Assembly (NCBI GenBank): GCA_038227875.1
Contig: JBBRPR010000045.1
Coordinates: 8,403-72,402, forward strand
Direction: 5' to 3'
DNA from: Planctomycetota bacterium
GTDB taxonomy: Bacteria; Planctomycetota; SZUA-567; H5-PLA8
Length of the DNA stretch: 64,000 nucleotides
Position numbers and translations under genes: made by a program. Shown here piece after piece: positions 47,570 through 57,303 of this stretch. The notes below the pieces were generated by a model, which did not search any database, was not told the DNA's origin, and saw only the letters and a list, made by a program, of their open reading frames with translations. Positions within the stretch are counted from its first letter, which is position 1, and each line of letters starts with the position of its first letter.

Positions 47570-48012
47570 CTCGCGTTTTCCCCCGGGTACTACACGCCAG
47601 AATCAGAGTGCCGCAATGAGTCACAACGGTAAGCATATTGCTGACCATTAAGCATTATGAGCACGGCTTTTAAACAGTATGACGCGTCTGCACAGTGCAT
47701 CCCCACGCTGCCATTGTGTTCAGATAGGCCGCCACAAGAATAGCAAGAATGATTATAAACATGTGTTTTTTGACGATTCGAACAAGATCATGAGCAGCAC
47801 GTGTGCGCGGCCATTTTCTGGCAGTTCACTATGTCGTAAAATCCGCTCCACTTACATGAATTGGCACTTTTTGCTGCGGTCAAAAATAACATCTCTTTCA
47901 TCACTGCGCCTATTCCTAACGAGTGCACTCCCGGTTTATGATGAGTGCCTGTGACCTCTTGCGTACTTTTGAACTGTTCAATTTCCATCAACGCCTTTGG
48001 AGCACTACCACA

Positions 48013-48969
48013 ATGATTCGAGTCGGAGTGATCGGAGCTGGACCCAACGGCACAGGCAACGCCGCGGGACTCGCCAAATTCACGGACCGCTGCCGCATCA
48101 CTGCAGTCGCCGATCCGGTTCCCGCCGCCGCCGAAAAACTCGCCGCCATTTACGGCGCGAAGACCTTCGCCTCGCCCGCGCAACTGGCCGGAGAAGTTGA
48201 CGCCGTTGTGATCTCGTCACCGAACTTCATGCACCGCGAACACGCCCTGGCGATGGCGGCCGCCGGCAAGCATCTCTTCATTGAAAAGCCGATGGCGTTG
48301 AATCTCGCCGATGCCGACGCGATTGTTGCCGCCGTTGAAAAAGCAAAAGTTCATTCGCTGATCGGGTTTTCCGTGCGCTTCGGCGGGCTTCCCGTGCAGA
48401 TGAAGAAAATGTATCAGGCCGGCGATCTCGGCGACTTCGTCAGCCTCTGGTCGCGGCGCTTGTGTGCGCTCAACGTCCCCGCCGGAAACTGGCGCGCGCA
48501 GTATGAAAAATCCGGTGGTGTGATGGCCGAACTGATCACGCACGAAATCGATTTCGCGGTCAACATCGTCGGCATGCCCAGCACCGTCTACTGCCGCAAG
48601 CTCAGCACGCTCAACGATCATCCGAAGGCCAACGATCACATCTGGCTGACGATGGGCTACAAAAACGGCGCGACGTGTACGATTGAAGGGAGCCAGATTG
48701 CAACCGTCGCCGATTACTACAAAGGCATGACCGGCACCAAAGGCGGACTGCATTCACGAAATTGGCAGAGCGAACTGTACTTCGGCAAAACGCAGAGTGA
48801 AGCCGAGCGCGTCACGCTCCCGGCCGACATCGACAAGCACCGTCATTTCCTGGACGTGCTCGCCGGCGAATGCCCCAGCGTCGCCGACGCCAAATATGGC
48901 CGCGACATCACGCTGATCTGCGAGAAAGCGCTGGAGAGCGGCGCGACAGGTCTGGCGCAAACGCTGTAG
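48013..48969 (+). CDS. Gfo/Idh/MocA family oxidoreductase
   Basis: MIRVGVIGAG, GKHLFIEKPMA, SGGVMAELITHEID. Confidence 0.9.
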   Translation: MIRVGVIGAGPNGTGNAAGLAKFTDRCRITAVADPVPAAAEKLAAIYGAKTFASPAQLAGEVDAVVISSPNFMHREHALAMAAAGKHLFIEKPMALNLADADAIVAAVEKAKVHSLIGFSVRFGGLPVQMKKMYQAGDLGDFVSLWSRRLCALNVPAGNWRAQYEKSGGVMAELITHEIDFAVNIVGMPSTVYCRKLSTLNDHPKANDHIWLTMGYKNGATCTIEGSQIATVADYYKGMTGTKGGLHSRNWQSELYFGKTQSEAERVTLPADIDKHRHFLDVLAGECPSVADAKYGRDITLICEKALESGATGLAQTL

Positions 48970-49034
48970 CTTCGCATTGTTCGGTCGACGGAACGCGCGG
49001 GGCAAATAAGAATTCAAAATTGTCCGTCGCCACC

Positions 49035-49072
49035 CAATAAAAATCCCCCGATCACTCGGGGGATTTTTATTG
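49035..49072. terminator. Bidirectional intrinsic terminator
   Basis: Perfect 17-bp stem CAATAAAAATCCCCCGA/TCGGGGGATTTTTATTG between convergent genes. Confidence 0.85.
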
Positions 49073-49098
49073 AGACAGTTCAATTCATCGTTCTGAAT

Positions 49099-49662
49099 TT
49101 ACTTCGCGCCCTTGCCGGTCATCATGTACTTCTCCGACAGCTTGGCCAGCGTGTCGGGACTGACCGCGATCCAGCCATTAAGTTCCTTCGGGATGACGTT
49201 GTCGGAGGCGAGCTTGGCCAGACCCACGTCTTTCTTGGTCGAGCTGCTTTCGACTTCCGGCTGCGTGTTGGGCAGCGCGATCCAGTTGCTCATGTCTTCG
49301 GGAATGCGCGCGCCGGCGTTGAGAACGTAGAGCTCCGAAGCGTTGTCGGCGGGAGCTTCAACCTTGATGCCGCTCATCTTCGCGAACAGGCCCGGCTTCA
49401 ACGCCACCCAGCCGCTGATGTCGCTGGAGACGATGTTGTGCGTGGCCAGCACGGCATAGGAGAAGCCGAGGTTCTTGTCTTCGACCACCTTGGGCTGCGC
49501 GCCAGGGACGGCCACCCAGCCAACCAGGTTCGACGGCACCTTCTTGCCGCCGCGCAGGTAGACGTGGCCGTACTTCGGATTGTTGTTGTCGGCGTCGCAG
49601 CCGGTCAGGACGACAGCCACCAGCGCGACGGCAAAGAACGGAACGACGATCGATCGTTTCAT
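49099..49662 (-). CDS. Lipoprotein with four internal GW/NW repeats
   Basis: Lipobox VLTG|C; repeats VPSNLVGWVAV, VSSDISGWVAL, IPEDMSNWIAL, IPKELNGWIAV. Confidence 0.82.
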   Translation of the reverse strand: MKRSIVVPFFAVALVAVVLTGCDADNNNPKYGHVYLRGGKKVPSNLVGWVAVPGAQPKVVEDKNLGFSYAVLATHNIVSSDISGWVALKPGLFAKMSGIKVEAPADNASELYVLNAGARIPEDMSNWIALPNTQPEVESSSTKKDVGLAKLASDNVIPKELNGWIAVSPDTLAKLSEKYMMTGKGAK

Positions 49663-50405
49663 TATTTCTTATCCTCCACGTCCACGTCTTCGAGACGGGT
49701 CAAAAGATTTTTGAGATCGGTTTGCCGGGCGGCTTCGGCAGCTTCACGGGCGCGGGCAGCCAGCACGCGCAACTGGAACATTCGGGCGCGTTCGCTCAGG
49801 TCGGCCAGGTCTTTCTCGGTCACGTCGGCCTTGCTGCGAACGGCAGTGAGGTCACCCTTCAGGACTTTGTATTCTTCCTTCAAGCCGGCGGTGTCGGTCT
49901 TGAGCAACAGCACGTCCTGCGCGACTTCGTCGAGCTTCTTGAGCTTCTCGTCGATGTAGTGGACTTTGTCTTCGACCTTCTTGAGGTTGGTGGAGGTGGT
50001 CTGGATGTCCTGGTTCTGACCCTTGTCGAGATCCTTCTGCGTGTCGACGAACTTCGAATAGTCGTTGCGGAAGGTCTTGTAGTTCTCGTCCATCTTGCCG
50101 AACTCGGTGACCATCTTCGCGCGTTCTTCGTCGAGCTGCTTGGCCTTGGCCGTCAGCGCCGTGACGTCCTTCTGCAGGTCGTCATGAGCCTTCTTGACTT
50201 CACCGATATCCTTGGTGAGTTTGTCGTTCTGCTCTTTCAGCGCCGCGTTGAAATCGGTGCGCGTGTTGCCGTTGATGATGGCCAGAATCGCATACGAGAT
50301 TCCGATTGAAAGAATGAGCGCTACAACGATGACGGGCAGCGAAAAACTGATCTTCTCGCCGAACGTCTGCGGAAGCCTGGGGCCGCCGCCAGCTAGGTCT
50401 GCCAT
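49662..50405 (-). CDS. Membrane-anchored long coiled-coil protein
   Basis: GGAGG RBS before ATG 50405; TM LPVIVVALILSIGISYAILAII then about 190 heptad-like residues. TAATG overlap with the lipoprotein gene. Confidence 0.82.
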   Translation of the reverse strand: MADLAGGGPRLPQTFGEKISFSLPVIVVALILSIGISYAILAIINGNTRTDFNAALKEQNDKLTKDIGEVKKAHDDLQKDVTALTAKAKQLDEERAKMVTEFGKMDENYKTFRNDYSKFVDTQKDLDKGQNQDIQTTSTNLKKVEDKVHYIDEKLKKLDEVAQDVLLLKTDTAGLKEEYKVLKGDLTAVRSKADVTEKDLADLSERARMFQLRVLAARAREAAEAARQTDLKNLLTRLEDVDVEDKK

Positions 50406-50688
50406 GTTACACTGACCTCCAAAAAACAGGGGCGCGGGTCCGCTCATGCGGACGCCTAGCCCCTCGCTTTGCACTTTAAGATTTCACCAATTGATCCCGA
50501 TGGACGTCACAGCCCAAAGGTCTAAGTCAGAATTGCCATAATATTAGAGACCCGAAGCCAGTCCACTAAATTTCAATATTTCGGAGAATGGAGGATCTTC
50601 CGCTAACACACAAGGCGCAGCAGTTATCTATATGTCGTCGGCTTGAGGACTTTCACGAGTGTCTGGATTTTCACACTTCGCGCAAGAG

Positions 50689-52137
50689 CTAACTATGCCC
50701 TTCCGGAGACTTTTGAAACACCGCCGCGAAGAACCCATCGGTGCCCTGCTGGTGCGGCAACAGCTTTAAGTATTGCCCCGTCGCGTCCGTCACGCGCGCA
50801 GCACCTTTCTTGGGCAGCACGGTTTCGAACAGCGTCCGCGCGGAGACCAGCGCAAACTCGCGCGACTGGTTGAGAAACTCCGCGGCCACGGCTTCGTTCT
50901 CTGCGCGCAGCACCGTACACGTCGCATAAATCAGGTAGCCGCCGGGCGCGCACAATCGCGCGGCTTGTTTGAGGATGTCCAGCTGCTCGGCCGGCAGCCG
51001 CTGCAATGCTTCGGCGGTGATGCGCCAACGCACTTCCGGTTTCCGGCGCAGCGCACCGACGCCGCTGCATGGCGCGTCGACCAGCACGCAAATCGCTTTG
51101 CCGCGGACGGAATGGAGTTCGCGTGGCAGCGTGTTCCGCTCAATCAGCACCGGCGTCAGATTTTCCAGACCGGCGCGATCGGCGCGGCGGCGCAGTTCAT
51201 CGAAGTCGTGATGCTTGAGCGTCAGCGCGAACAAGCGGCCGCGATTGTTCATCGCCGCACCCAGCGGCAGCGTTTTGCCGCCCGCGCCGGCACAGAAATC
51301 GACGGCGATGCCGCCGGTCTCTTCGAAACCAAAGCCCGTCTTCGCGCTGGCATGTTTCAGAAACGCGCGCAGCGCGCACGCGGCGAGTTCCGAGACCAGC
51401 TGGCTGCCTTCGTCCTGCGGCTCAAACAGTCCCGAGCTGCGGGCGCTGCGCAACATGTCGGCGGACCGATCCTTGGGTTCGGCGTCGAGCGAGAGCGAAA
51501 GTCCGTGCGGCGCGAAGCGTGTCGACTTGGTCTCCACGCCGCTGGCCGTCAGCCGCTCGGCCAATTCCGCGCGCGTTACCTTCAGCGTGTTGGCCCGCAA
51601 GGTCTGCGTCGCCGCTTCGTTCAACGCGCTGCCAAGCGCTTCGGCCTCGTCGCCGTACTCGTCGAGAAAACGTTCGGCGAGCAGATCGGGCAGCGAGCAT
51701 TTCAGCGCCAGGCGGAGCACCGGCGAACTCTCGCGCGCGATGGCGGCATCGATCTCCGCGACGGCTTTCCAGTTCACCACCGGCAGCGCTTCGCGCGCTT
51801 CCTCGATTGAAATTTCCTGCTTCAACAGCCGGAACGCCACGTACTTCGCGTACACTTCCGTATCGCGCGTGAGCCGCGCGCCGGCCGCTTCCAGCGCGAA
51901 GTCGAGCTTTCGCGCCAGATGGATCATGCCGAACAGACGCCGGTTGGCCGTCGCCCGCGCGCGCGGGCCGAGGTCCTCGCGGCGGCGGAAGGCCTGCGCC
52001 AGCAGGTCGCTGGCGTAGCCGCCCTCGCGGAGCACGCGCGCATACGCGTCGAGAACCAGATCGCGCACGCGATCGTCTTGAGCGGGACGGCGGGAAATCT
52101 GCGGACGACGGTTCTGGTGTTTCGCTTTACGGTGCAC
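50689..52137 (-). CDS. RsmB/NOP (Sun/Fmu) RNA m5C methyltransferase
   Basis: LRANTLK, QDEGSQL, DFCAGAGGKT, LVDAPCSGVG, YATCT, GTDGFF. Confidence 0.9.
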   Translation of the reverse strand: MHRKAKHQNRRPQISRRPAQDDRVRDLVLDAYARVLREGGYASDLLAQAFRRREDLGPRARATANRRLFGMIHLARKLDFALEAAGARLTRDTEVYAKYVAFRLLKQEISIEEAREALPVVNWKAVAEIDAAIARESSPVLRLALKCSLPDLLAERFLDEYGDEAEALGSALNEAATQTLRANTLKVTRAELAERLTASGVETKSTRFAPHGLSLSLDAEPKDRSADMLRSARSSGLFEPQDEGSQLVSELAACALRAFLKHASAKTGFGFEETGGIAVDFCAGAGGKTLPLGAAMNNRGRLFALTLKHHDFDELRRRADRAGLENLTPVLIERNTLPRELHSVRGKAICVLVDAPCSGVGALRRKPEVRWRITAEALQRLPAEQLDILKQAARLCAPGGYLIYATCTVLRAENEAVAAEFLNQSREFALVSARTLFETVLPKKGAARVTDATGQYLKLLPHQQGTDGFFAAVFQKSPEGHS

Positions 52138-52169
52138 GCGGCGGCTGATTACTCCATGTCGGAATTTTG

Positions 52170-53651
52170 TTACCGGACCGCGTCACAGCGCAAGGTCACG
52201 CCGCGCATGATAAGCTCATCCGGCTTTTTAACGATGGGATTTATCGACCGCGCCGCGCGGCCGGCTTTCTCCAGCGTCACCGTCTCGAGTCTTTCGCCGT
52301 CGGGATGCGTGTACGCCCATTCGGCACTCAGTTTCACGCCGTCGACTTTGTCGGCCTGCAGGTAGAGCTTGTTCTCGCCAGGAACCAGGCGCGGCAGGAT
52401 GTTCATGTTGAGCTGGTAGCCAACGGTCATCTGCAACCCGCGCAGGCGCAACGGTGACGCCGACGATTGCGTCGACATATCCACGCGCAGCCAGAATTCC
52501 TGCAGGCCGCGGATGCTCGGCCCCTCTTCCAGGCCATGCGTGATCAGCTTCGGCGGTTCGCCGGATTTCCAATAGACCGAGTGCAGCGAGCGGCCGGCGT
52601 CGGGCGAGACCGCAAAGCCCACGAGATCGCCGCCGCCGACATCGACGGCCGGGTTCAGACGCAGGTACGTCGCCAGATACGGCAGGCGGATGTGGTACCA
52701 GACTTCGCAGTGCTTCTTCGCGCCGGTCGGCCGCAGCGTGCCGTTTTCGAAGACGGCATTGGCGCTGCTCCACGCCGCAGCATCGCCCAGCAGCAACGGC
52801 TGCCAACGCAGTGCGCCGCAACCGTGCCAGCGCACCGCCTGCGTGCCATTGATGCCGTGCTGGTCGCCGGTCTCCCAGACGTAATTTTTCCAGTAGGAGT
52901 GGTGTTCGGGATAGCGTGGCTTACCTTCTTCATCGTAGAGCGAAATGTCGCAATGCGCCCCGGACGTGGACGAGCCGACTTTCCACGAGAGCTCAGGAAT
53001 CTCCGGACGCCACAGCTGCGAGTAAACCTGCCCCGCGCGCGGTTCGAAGCGCAGCTCGTACCCTTGCACCGGCTGAACCACATCGAGCAGATCGTGAACC
53101 TGGTAGCGGTGCAGATACCCGGAGCGTTCGGGATCGTGCCCCAGCCGCGAGCGCCCGCCAGAACGCGGACGCGTCACGAGATCGGGATTGGCGGCGAGTT
53201 CCTCGCACGACGCAACTTCGCCGCCTTCGTTCAGAAAATACCACCCGATGAACGGATCGAACGCGTGCCAGCCTTCCTTGCCGTCGGCACCCGCGTACCA
53301 GACCTCGTAAAACGTATGCCCCGACTTGAACGCCACCGCGCGGCGCGCTTTCATGCCGGCGGCCTGGAGCGCTTCTGCAGCCACCCAGCCCCAGCCAGTA
53401 CATTCGTTGTGCCCCCAGGACGTAAACAGCAGCGTCGGGTCGGCAGAATGGATCCACGACCCCAGCCCGGCGAGTTTCAGGTTCGGGCCGCGGTTCATGC
53501 AGCGCAGCAGCCAGGAGTTAAAAGCGAGGGCGCGCTCCTTGTCGGTCTTACACCCTTCGATTCGGAACACATCCCGCGCAAACGCGCCCGGCGATGAACC
53601 GCAGGGCCAAGCTTCATTTCCGAACCACACACCGTTGGCGGACGCGCTCAT
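52170..53651 (-). CDS. Transglutaminase-like domain protein, paralog of the ECF ectodomain
   Basis: SWGHNEC..GMKARR..GHTFYEVWY..WHAFDP. No signal peptide evident. Confidence 0.72.
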   Translation of the reverse strand: MSASANGVWFGNEAWPCGSSPGAFARDVFRIEGCKTDKERALAFNSWLLRCMNRGPNLKLAGLGSWIHSADPTLLFTSWGHNECTGWGWVAAEALQAAGMKARRAVAFKSGHTFYEVWYAGADGKEGWHAFDPFIGWYFLNEGGEVASCEELAANPDLVTRPRSGGRSRLGHDPERSGYLHRYQVHDLLDVVQPVQGYELRFEPRAGQVYSQLWRPEIPELSWKVGSSTSGAHCDISLYDEEGKPRYPEHHSYWKNYVWETGDQHGINGTQAVRWHGCGALRWQPLLLGDAAAWSSANAVFENGTLRPTGAKKHCEVWYHIRLPYLATYLRLNPAVDVGGGDLVGFAVSPDAGRSLHSVYWKSGEPPKLITHGLEEGPSIRGLQEFWLRVDMSTQSSASPLRLRGLQMTVGYQLNMNILPRLVPGENKLYLQADKVDGVKLSAEWAYTHPDGERLETVTLEKAGRAARSINPIVKKPDELIMRGVTLRCDAVR

Positions 53652-53728
53652 TAATTTTGCCTCACTGTTTACGGGTTGGCAGCAGTAATGCTACTTAATA
53701 CCCCACGTTTGAGTGGGAAACGAGATTC

Positions 53729-53776
53729 TTTTGCACATTGCAAAATGCATTGTTTTGCAAAATGCAATCTGCAATT
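53729..53776. promoter_or_regulatory. Clustered TTGCAAAA palindromes/direct repeats, candidate operator
   Basis: TTGCAAAATGCA at 53738 and 53755; inverted pairs TTTTGCA-cat-TGCAAAA and TTGCAAAA-N7-TTTTGCAA. Confidence 0.5.
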
Positions 53777-53784
53777 CGGGAAAC

Positions 53785-53814
53785 AAAAAGGCCCGGCAAT
53801 TTGCGCCGGGCCTT
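53785..53814 (-). terminator. Intrinsic terminator of the NYN gene
   Basis: Stem AAGGCCCGGC/GCCGGGCCTT with a T-run on the minus strand. Confidence 0.75.
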
Positions 53815-53839
53815 CTTAAGTATATTATATCTCAACTAC

Positions 53840-54667
53840 TTAGGCAAGTATGCCAAGGTCCGGACGCTTCGATCCGCGGGACGTCGGCGGCGGCGGCTGC
53901 GGCGGATCTTCGTCTTCGTCGTTCCCGGCTGCTTGGTTGCCATACGCAGCGCTCTGTTCGGCAGCGGCCGCGGCGGCAGCTTCGGCTTCCAGATCTTCGT
54001 CGCGCGGCAGGCCTTCGTACGCGTGATGACCGGGCGCGGTGGAACCCAAGCCACTGATGCTGGGAGCAGCTCCGGTGGCGATCGCTTCAAACTTCTTCTC
54101 TTTGAAAATCCAGCTTTCCTGGATCGGAATATACGCGTCGGCAGCGCGGATCAGTTCACCGGCCGTCGAGCGTTCGAAGCTCACCACTTCCACGCGACAG
54201 CCGTGAAGCTTGAGGCATTCCACGAGCGGAACGTAGTCGCCGTCTCCAGTGACCAATGTGACGGTGTCGAGGCGCGGAGCCATCATCAGAGCGTCGATGG
54301 TGAGCCCAATTTCCCAGGAGCCTTTGGCCGTTCCGCCGCCACTGCGTTCACCACGATCACCACCGCGCTCTCCACGGTCGGAATCGGGACGAATCTTCAA
54401 TTCTTTGATCTTCAGTTCGTAACCAAAGCGGCTCAACGCTTCGTGAAAGCCAGCCTGATTGACATCGGGTTTCTGGACAATGTATGCAATGGCTCGGACG
54501 AGATGTCGCGTGCCGGTAATTTCGCGCAACAGCCGGCCGTAATCAACTTTGCTCTGATGAAGGAGTTTGGCTGAATAAAACATATTCTGCACGTCGACGA
54601 AAATCCCCAATCGTTGAGGAAAACTTCTCGCGATGAGCGCGGGGGTAGGCGTGGTGGTGCTCGTCAT
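53840..54667 (-). CDS. NYN domain (LabA/DUF88) protein
   Basis: IFVDVQNMF, KGSWEIGLTIDAL, LVTGDGDYVPL; acidic C-terminal tail. Confidence 0.9.
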   Translation of the reverse strand: MTSTTTPTPALIARSFPQRLGIFVDVQNMFYSAKLLHQSKVDYGRLLREITGTRHLVRAIAYIVQKPDVNQAGFHEALSRFGYELKIKELKIRPDSDRGERGGDRGERSGGGTAKGSWEIGLTIDALMMAPRLDTVTLVTGDGDYVPLVECLKLHGCRVEVVSFERSTAGELIRAADAYIPIQESWIFKEKKFEAIATGAAPSISGLGSTAPGHHAYEGLPRDEDLEAEAAAAAAAEQSAAYGNQAAGNDEDEDPPQPPPPTSRGSKRPDLGILA

Positions 54668-54778
54668 AAATCAGTCCTTTCTGCGCAATCCCTGTTGGAG
54701 CGCACATCTTGGCACAACTTTATTCTCACATCAAGTGATAGAACGCTAATTTGCTACGCCTGTTGAACTTCAGGCCTG

Positions 54779-55852
54779 TCACACGCCGTCCATGGCCTCG
54801 ATTAATTTCCGTGTTACACTTTCCGGATCCGACGCACTTATGACCGCCGAAGAGACTGCAATTCTGCGCACGCCTGCCGCTTTCAGTTCCGGTATACGCT
54901 CCAGCGTAATTCCTCCGATTGCGAAGACCGGAAGGTCGGTTTTCAACGCACTCACCTGCTCTGCTAAGCTTAATCCAGCCATAATCCGCTGGAGTTTGGT
55001 GGTGGTGTCGTACATCGACCCAATCGCGATATAGTCGACCTGCTCCTGTTCGATCGCCCGTTTCGCCTGTCCGACTGAATGCGTCGAACGCCCTATCAGC
55101 AGTCTCTGACCCATCACGCTGCGGATGTCCGCAGGCGCCATATCGTCCTGCCCCACATGCACACCGACGCATCCGGACGCAGCGGCAACATCGACTCGGT
55201 CATTGCAAATTAAAACTGCGTCGTACTCAGAACACAAACGTTGCAAATCCCGGGCCTTAGTAATCAGCGTTGTGCCAGAGTCTTGTTTCTCCCTCAGCTG
55301 AAACAACTTGCAACCACCCTTTAATGCCGCCTCAGCCGTAGGCAATAAACCGCGTGCACACAGTGACTCCGTTAAAAGTACATATACAGTGGATGCACCC
55401 AGAGTCGTTGCGGCAGCGCTTCCCAGCATCAGCCATTGCTCAGCTTCATAAAGTACATAGCGGTACTGCGAGAGCTGCGTGGAGCTTTGCGCGAACTGTG
55501 CTCGGAAGTACTCTTCCAGCACCCGCAGCGCTTCCTGCGCACGCTTTAAACCGCGCCGGGCGACATGCAGCGGCCGCTCAGCGTTGGCGGGAGCCGCCGC
55601 ATCGTCTCGAATCGGGACCTGTTTTGGTTTTCCGGGATCGCCAGGCACGTTGCGAGTGGCGATCAGGTCCCGCTCCGCGACATGACTATTGATCACCGCA
55701 GTTATGCCTGCGCGAATCGCTTTAACTTCCAGCGCCCAGCGCGTGTACCGTACACTGAATCTTATGTAATCTTCGGCCGTGCGAATTCCCTCACGTGCGC
55801 GATTCGCGTTGGCGTCGATCAAACTCAGCGTTGCCGCATCAAAGTTGTTCAT
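54779..55852 (-). CDS. thiE: Thiamine-phosphate synthase with an N-terminal ThiD2-type domain
   Basis: DANANRAREGIRTAED..KRAQEALRVLEE at the N-terminus; QLREK, NDRVD, GVHVGQDD, GRSTH, FAIGGI. Confidence 0.9.
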   Translation of the reverse strand: MNNFDAATLSLIDANANRAREGIRTAEDYIRFSVRYTRWALEVKAIRAGITAVINSHVAERDLIATRNVPGDPGKPKQVPIRDDAAAPANAERPLHVARRGLKRAQEALRVLEEYFRAQFAQSSTQLSQYRYVLYEAEQWLMLGSAAATTLGASTVYVLLTESLCARGLLPTAEAALKGGCKLFQLREKQDSGTTLITKARDLQRLCSEYDAVLICNDRVDVAAASGCVGVHVGQDDMAPADIRSVMGQRLLIGRSTHSVGQAKRAIEQEQVDYIAIGSMYDTTTKLQRIMAGLSLAEQVSALKTDLPVFAIGGITLERIPELKAAGVRRIAVSSAVISASDPESVTRKLIEAMDGV

Positions 55853-56122
55853 GATGGTTTGACCATACAGAACTCCCGCAGCGATGGCAACTTAATCCCG
55901 GCCGCCAAATGAATGCAAAATGCCATAGGCACTGATCATGACAACTAGACAGGTTCTGGAAGTGCTTATCCCGTCATGACTGCCCACGTGCATTTTTCGA
56001 TTTTTTCACAACTCCCGTTTGATTCGAAAGCGCGACCGGATATAAGGCTTTGAGAAATTGCCTGCGGGCGGTGTTTCACCTACGAAACACGGGAGCCCGC
56101 CTCATAGGAGCCTTAACCCACA

Positions 56123-57061
56123 ATGAAGTACGGAAAAGTAGCCGGCATTGAACAGCCTGTCTCCCGCGCCGTGTTGGGATCGATGGTGTTCGGAATCGAA
56201 GGCGCCGCCAAAGAGAACACCTACGCGCTGCTCGACACGTTCTTGAAAGCCGGCGGCAACTGCATCGACACCGCCATCGTTTACGCCGGCGGCAACAGCG
56301 AAAAAGCCATCGGCATGTGGCTCCACGACCGCGGCAACCGCGACAAAGTCGTGCTCATGGACAAGGGCTGCATCCCCGACGGCGATAAACAGAAAGTCAA
56401 TCCGGAAGGCATCCGCTCCGAACTGGCCACCAATTTTTCTCGTTTGAACACGCCCTATCTCGACGTCTGGATGTTCCACCGCGACGACCCCTCATACCCG
56501 GTCGGCCCGCTGGTCGAGGAGCTCAACGGCTACAAGGCCAAGGGCAAGATCCGCGCCTTCGGCGCTTCCAACTGGGGCCACACGCGCATCCAGGAATTCA
56601 ACGAATACGCCTACAAGAAGAACCTCGCCGGCTTCTCGCTCAGCAGCCCGCATCTGAGTCTCGCCGCCGCCAAGGAACCGATGTGGGGCGGCTGCGCGAT
56701 GCTCGACACCGCCGCGCGCGCTTGGCACACGAAAGAACAGTTCCCGCTCTTCGCCTGGTCGTCGCAGGCACGCGGATTTTTCTCTGGCCGCTTCGGACCG
56801 GATAAAATGAGCGGCGATCCCGACGTCATCCGCGTCTACTACAACGCGGAGAATTTCGAGCGCCTCCGCCGCGCCGAAGAACTGGGCAAGAAGAAAGGCG
56901 TCTCCGCGATCCAGATCGCTTTCGCCTACGTCATGCAGCAGCCCTTCCCCACGTTCTGCCTGATCGGACCGGCGAACGTCGAAGAATTGCATTCCAGCAT
57001 CAACGCGCTGGAGCTGACACTGACCCCCGACGAGAGCTTGTGGCTGAATCTGGAGAAGTAG
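56123..57061 (+). CDS. Aldo/keto reductase
   Basis: GGNCIDTAIVY, MFHRDD, GKIRAFGASNW, AWSSQARG. Confidence 0.9.
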   Translation: MKYGKVAGIEQPVSRAVLGSMVFGIEGAAKENTYALLDTFLKAGGNCIDTAIVYAGGNSEKAIGMWLHDRGNRDKVVLMDKGCIPDGDKQKVNPEGIRSELATNFSRLNTPYLDVWMFHRDDPSYPVGPLVEELNGYKAKGKIRAFGASNWGHTRIQEFNEYAYKKNLAGFSLSSPHLSLAAAKEPMWGGCAMLDTAARAWHTKEQFPLFAWSSQARGFFSGRFGPDKMSGDPDVIRVYYNAENFERLRRAEELGKKKGVSAIQIAFAYVMQQPFPTFCLIGPANVEELHSSINALELTLTPDESLWLNLEK

Positions 57062-57251
57062 ACAGAAAGGGTACACCCCGGCCAACCTGTCACGCTTGCC
57101 GTTGACAGGAGCAGCATTGACGGTAATGAAGTTCACCCCGCGACAGCAGCATTGCGCCCGGGACGAGAAGCGCCAGCAGCCAGTCGACAGATCCTTGTCG
57201 ACGCCTTGAAACGCCTCAACAGCCAGGCCTTTCAAGGATCGAGCGGCAGAT

Positions 57252-57279
57252 TAGACATTTTTCAACCGGCTGCTAGGAT
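57252..57279 (+). promoter_or_regulatory. Putative sigma70 promoter of pfk
   Basis: TAGACA-N16-TAGGAT with a TGn extension, followed by an AGGAGG RBS. Confidence 0.45.
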
Positions 57280-57303
57280 AGCGCAACAGGAGGAAGTGGA
57301 ACG

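Noticed and set aside
49099..50405. Prophage lysis cassette
   Set aside because: No holin, endolysin, integrase or structural genes nearby; only the architecture is spanin-like.
55853..56122. TPP riboswitch upstream of thiE
   Set aside because: The conserved CTGAGA core and terminal motifs were not found on the minus strand.
57062..57250. Structured ncRNA before pfk (several short hairpins)
   Set aside because: The stems are short, match no family I recognise and lie upstream of the putative promoter; unsupported without covariation data.
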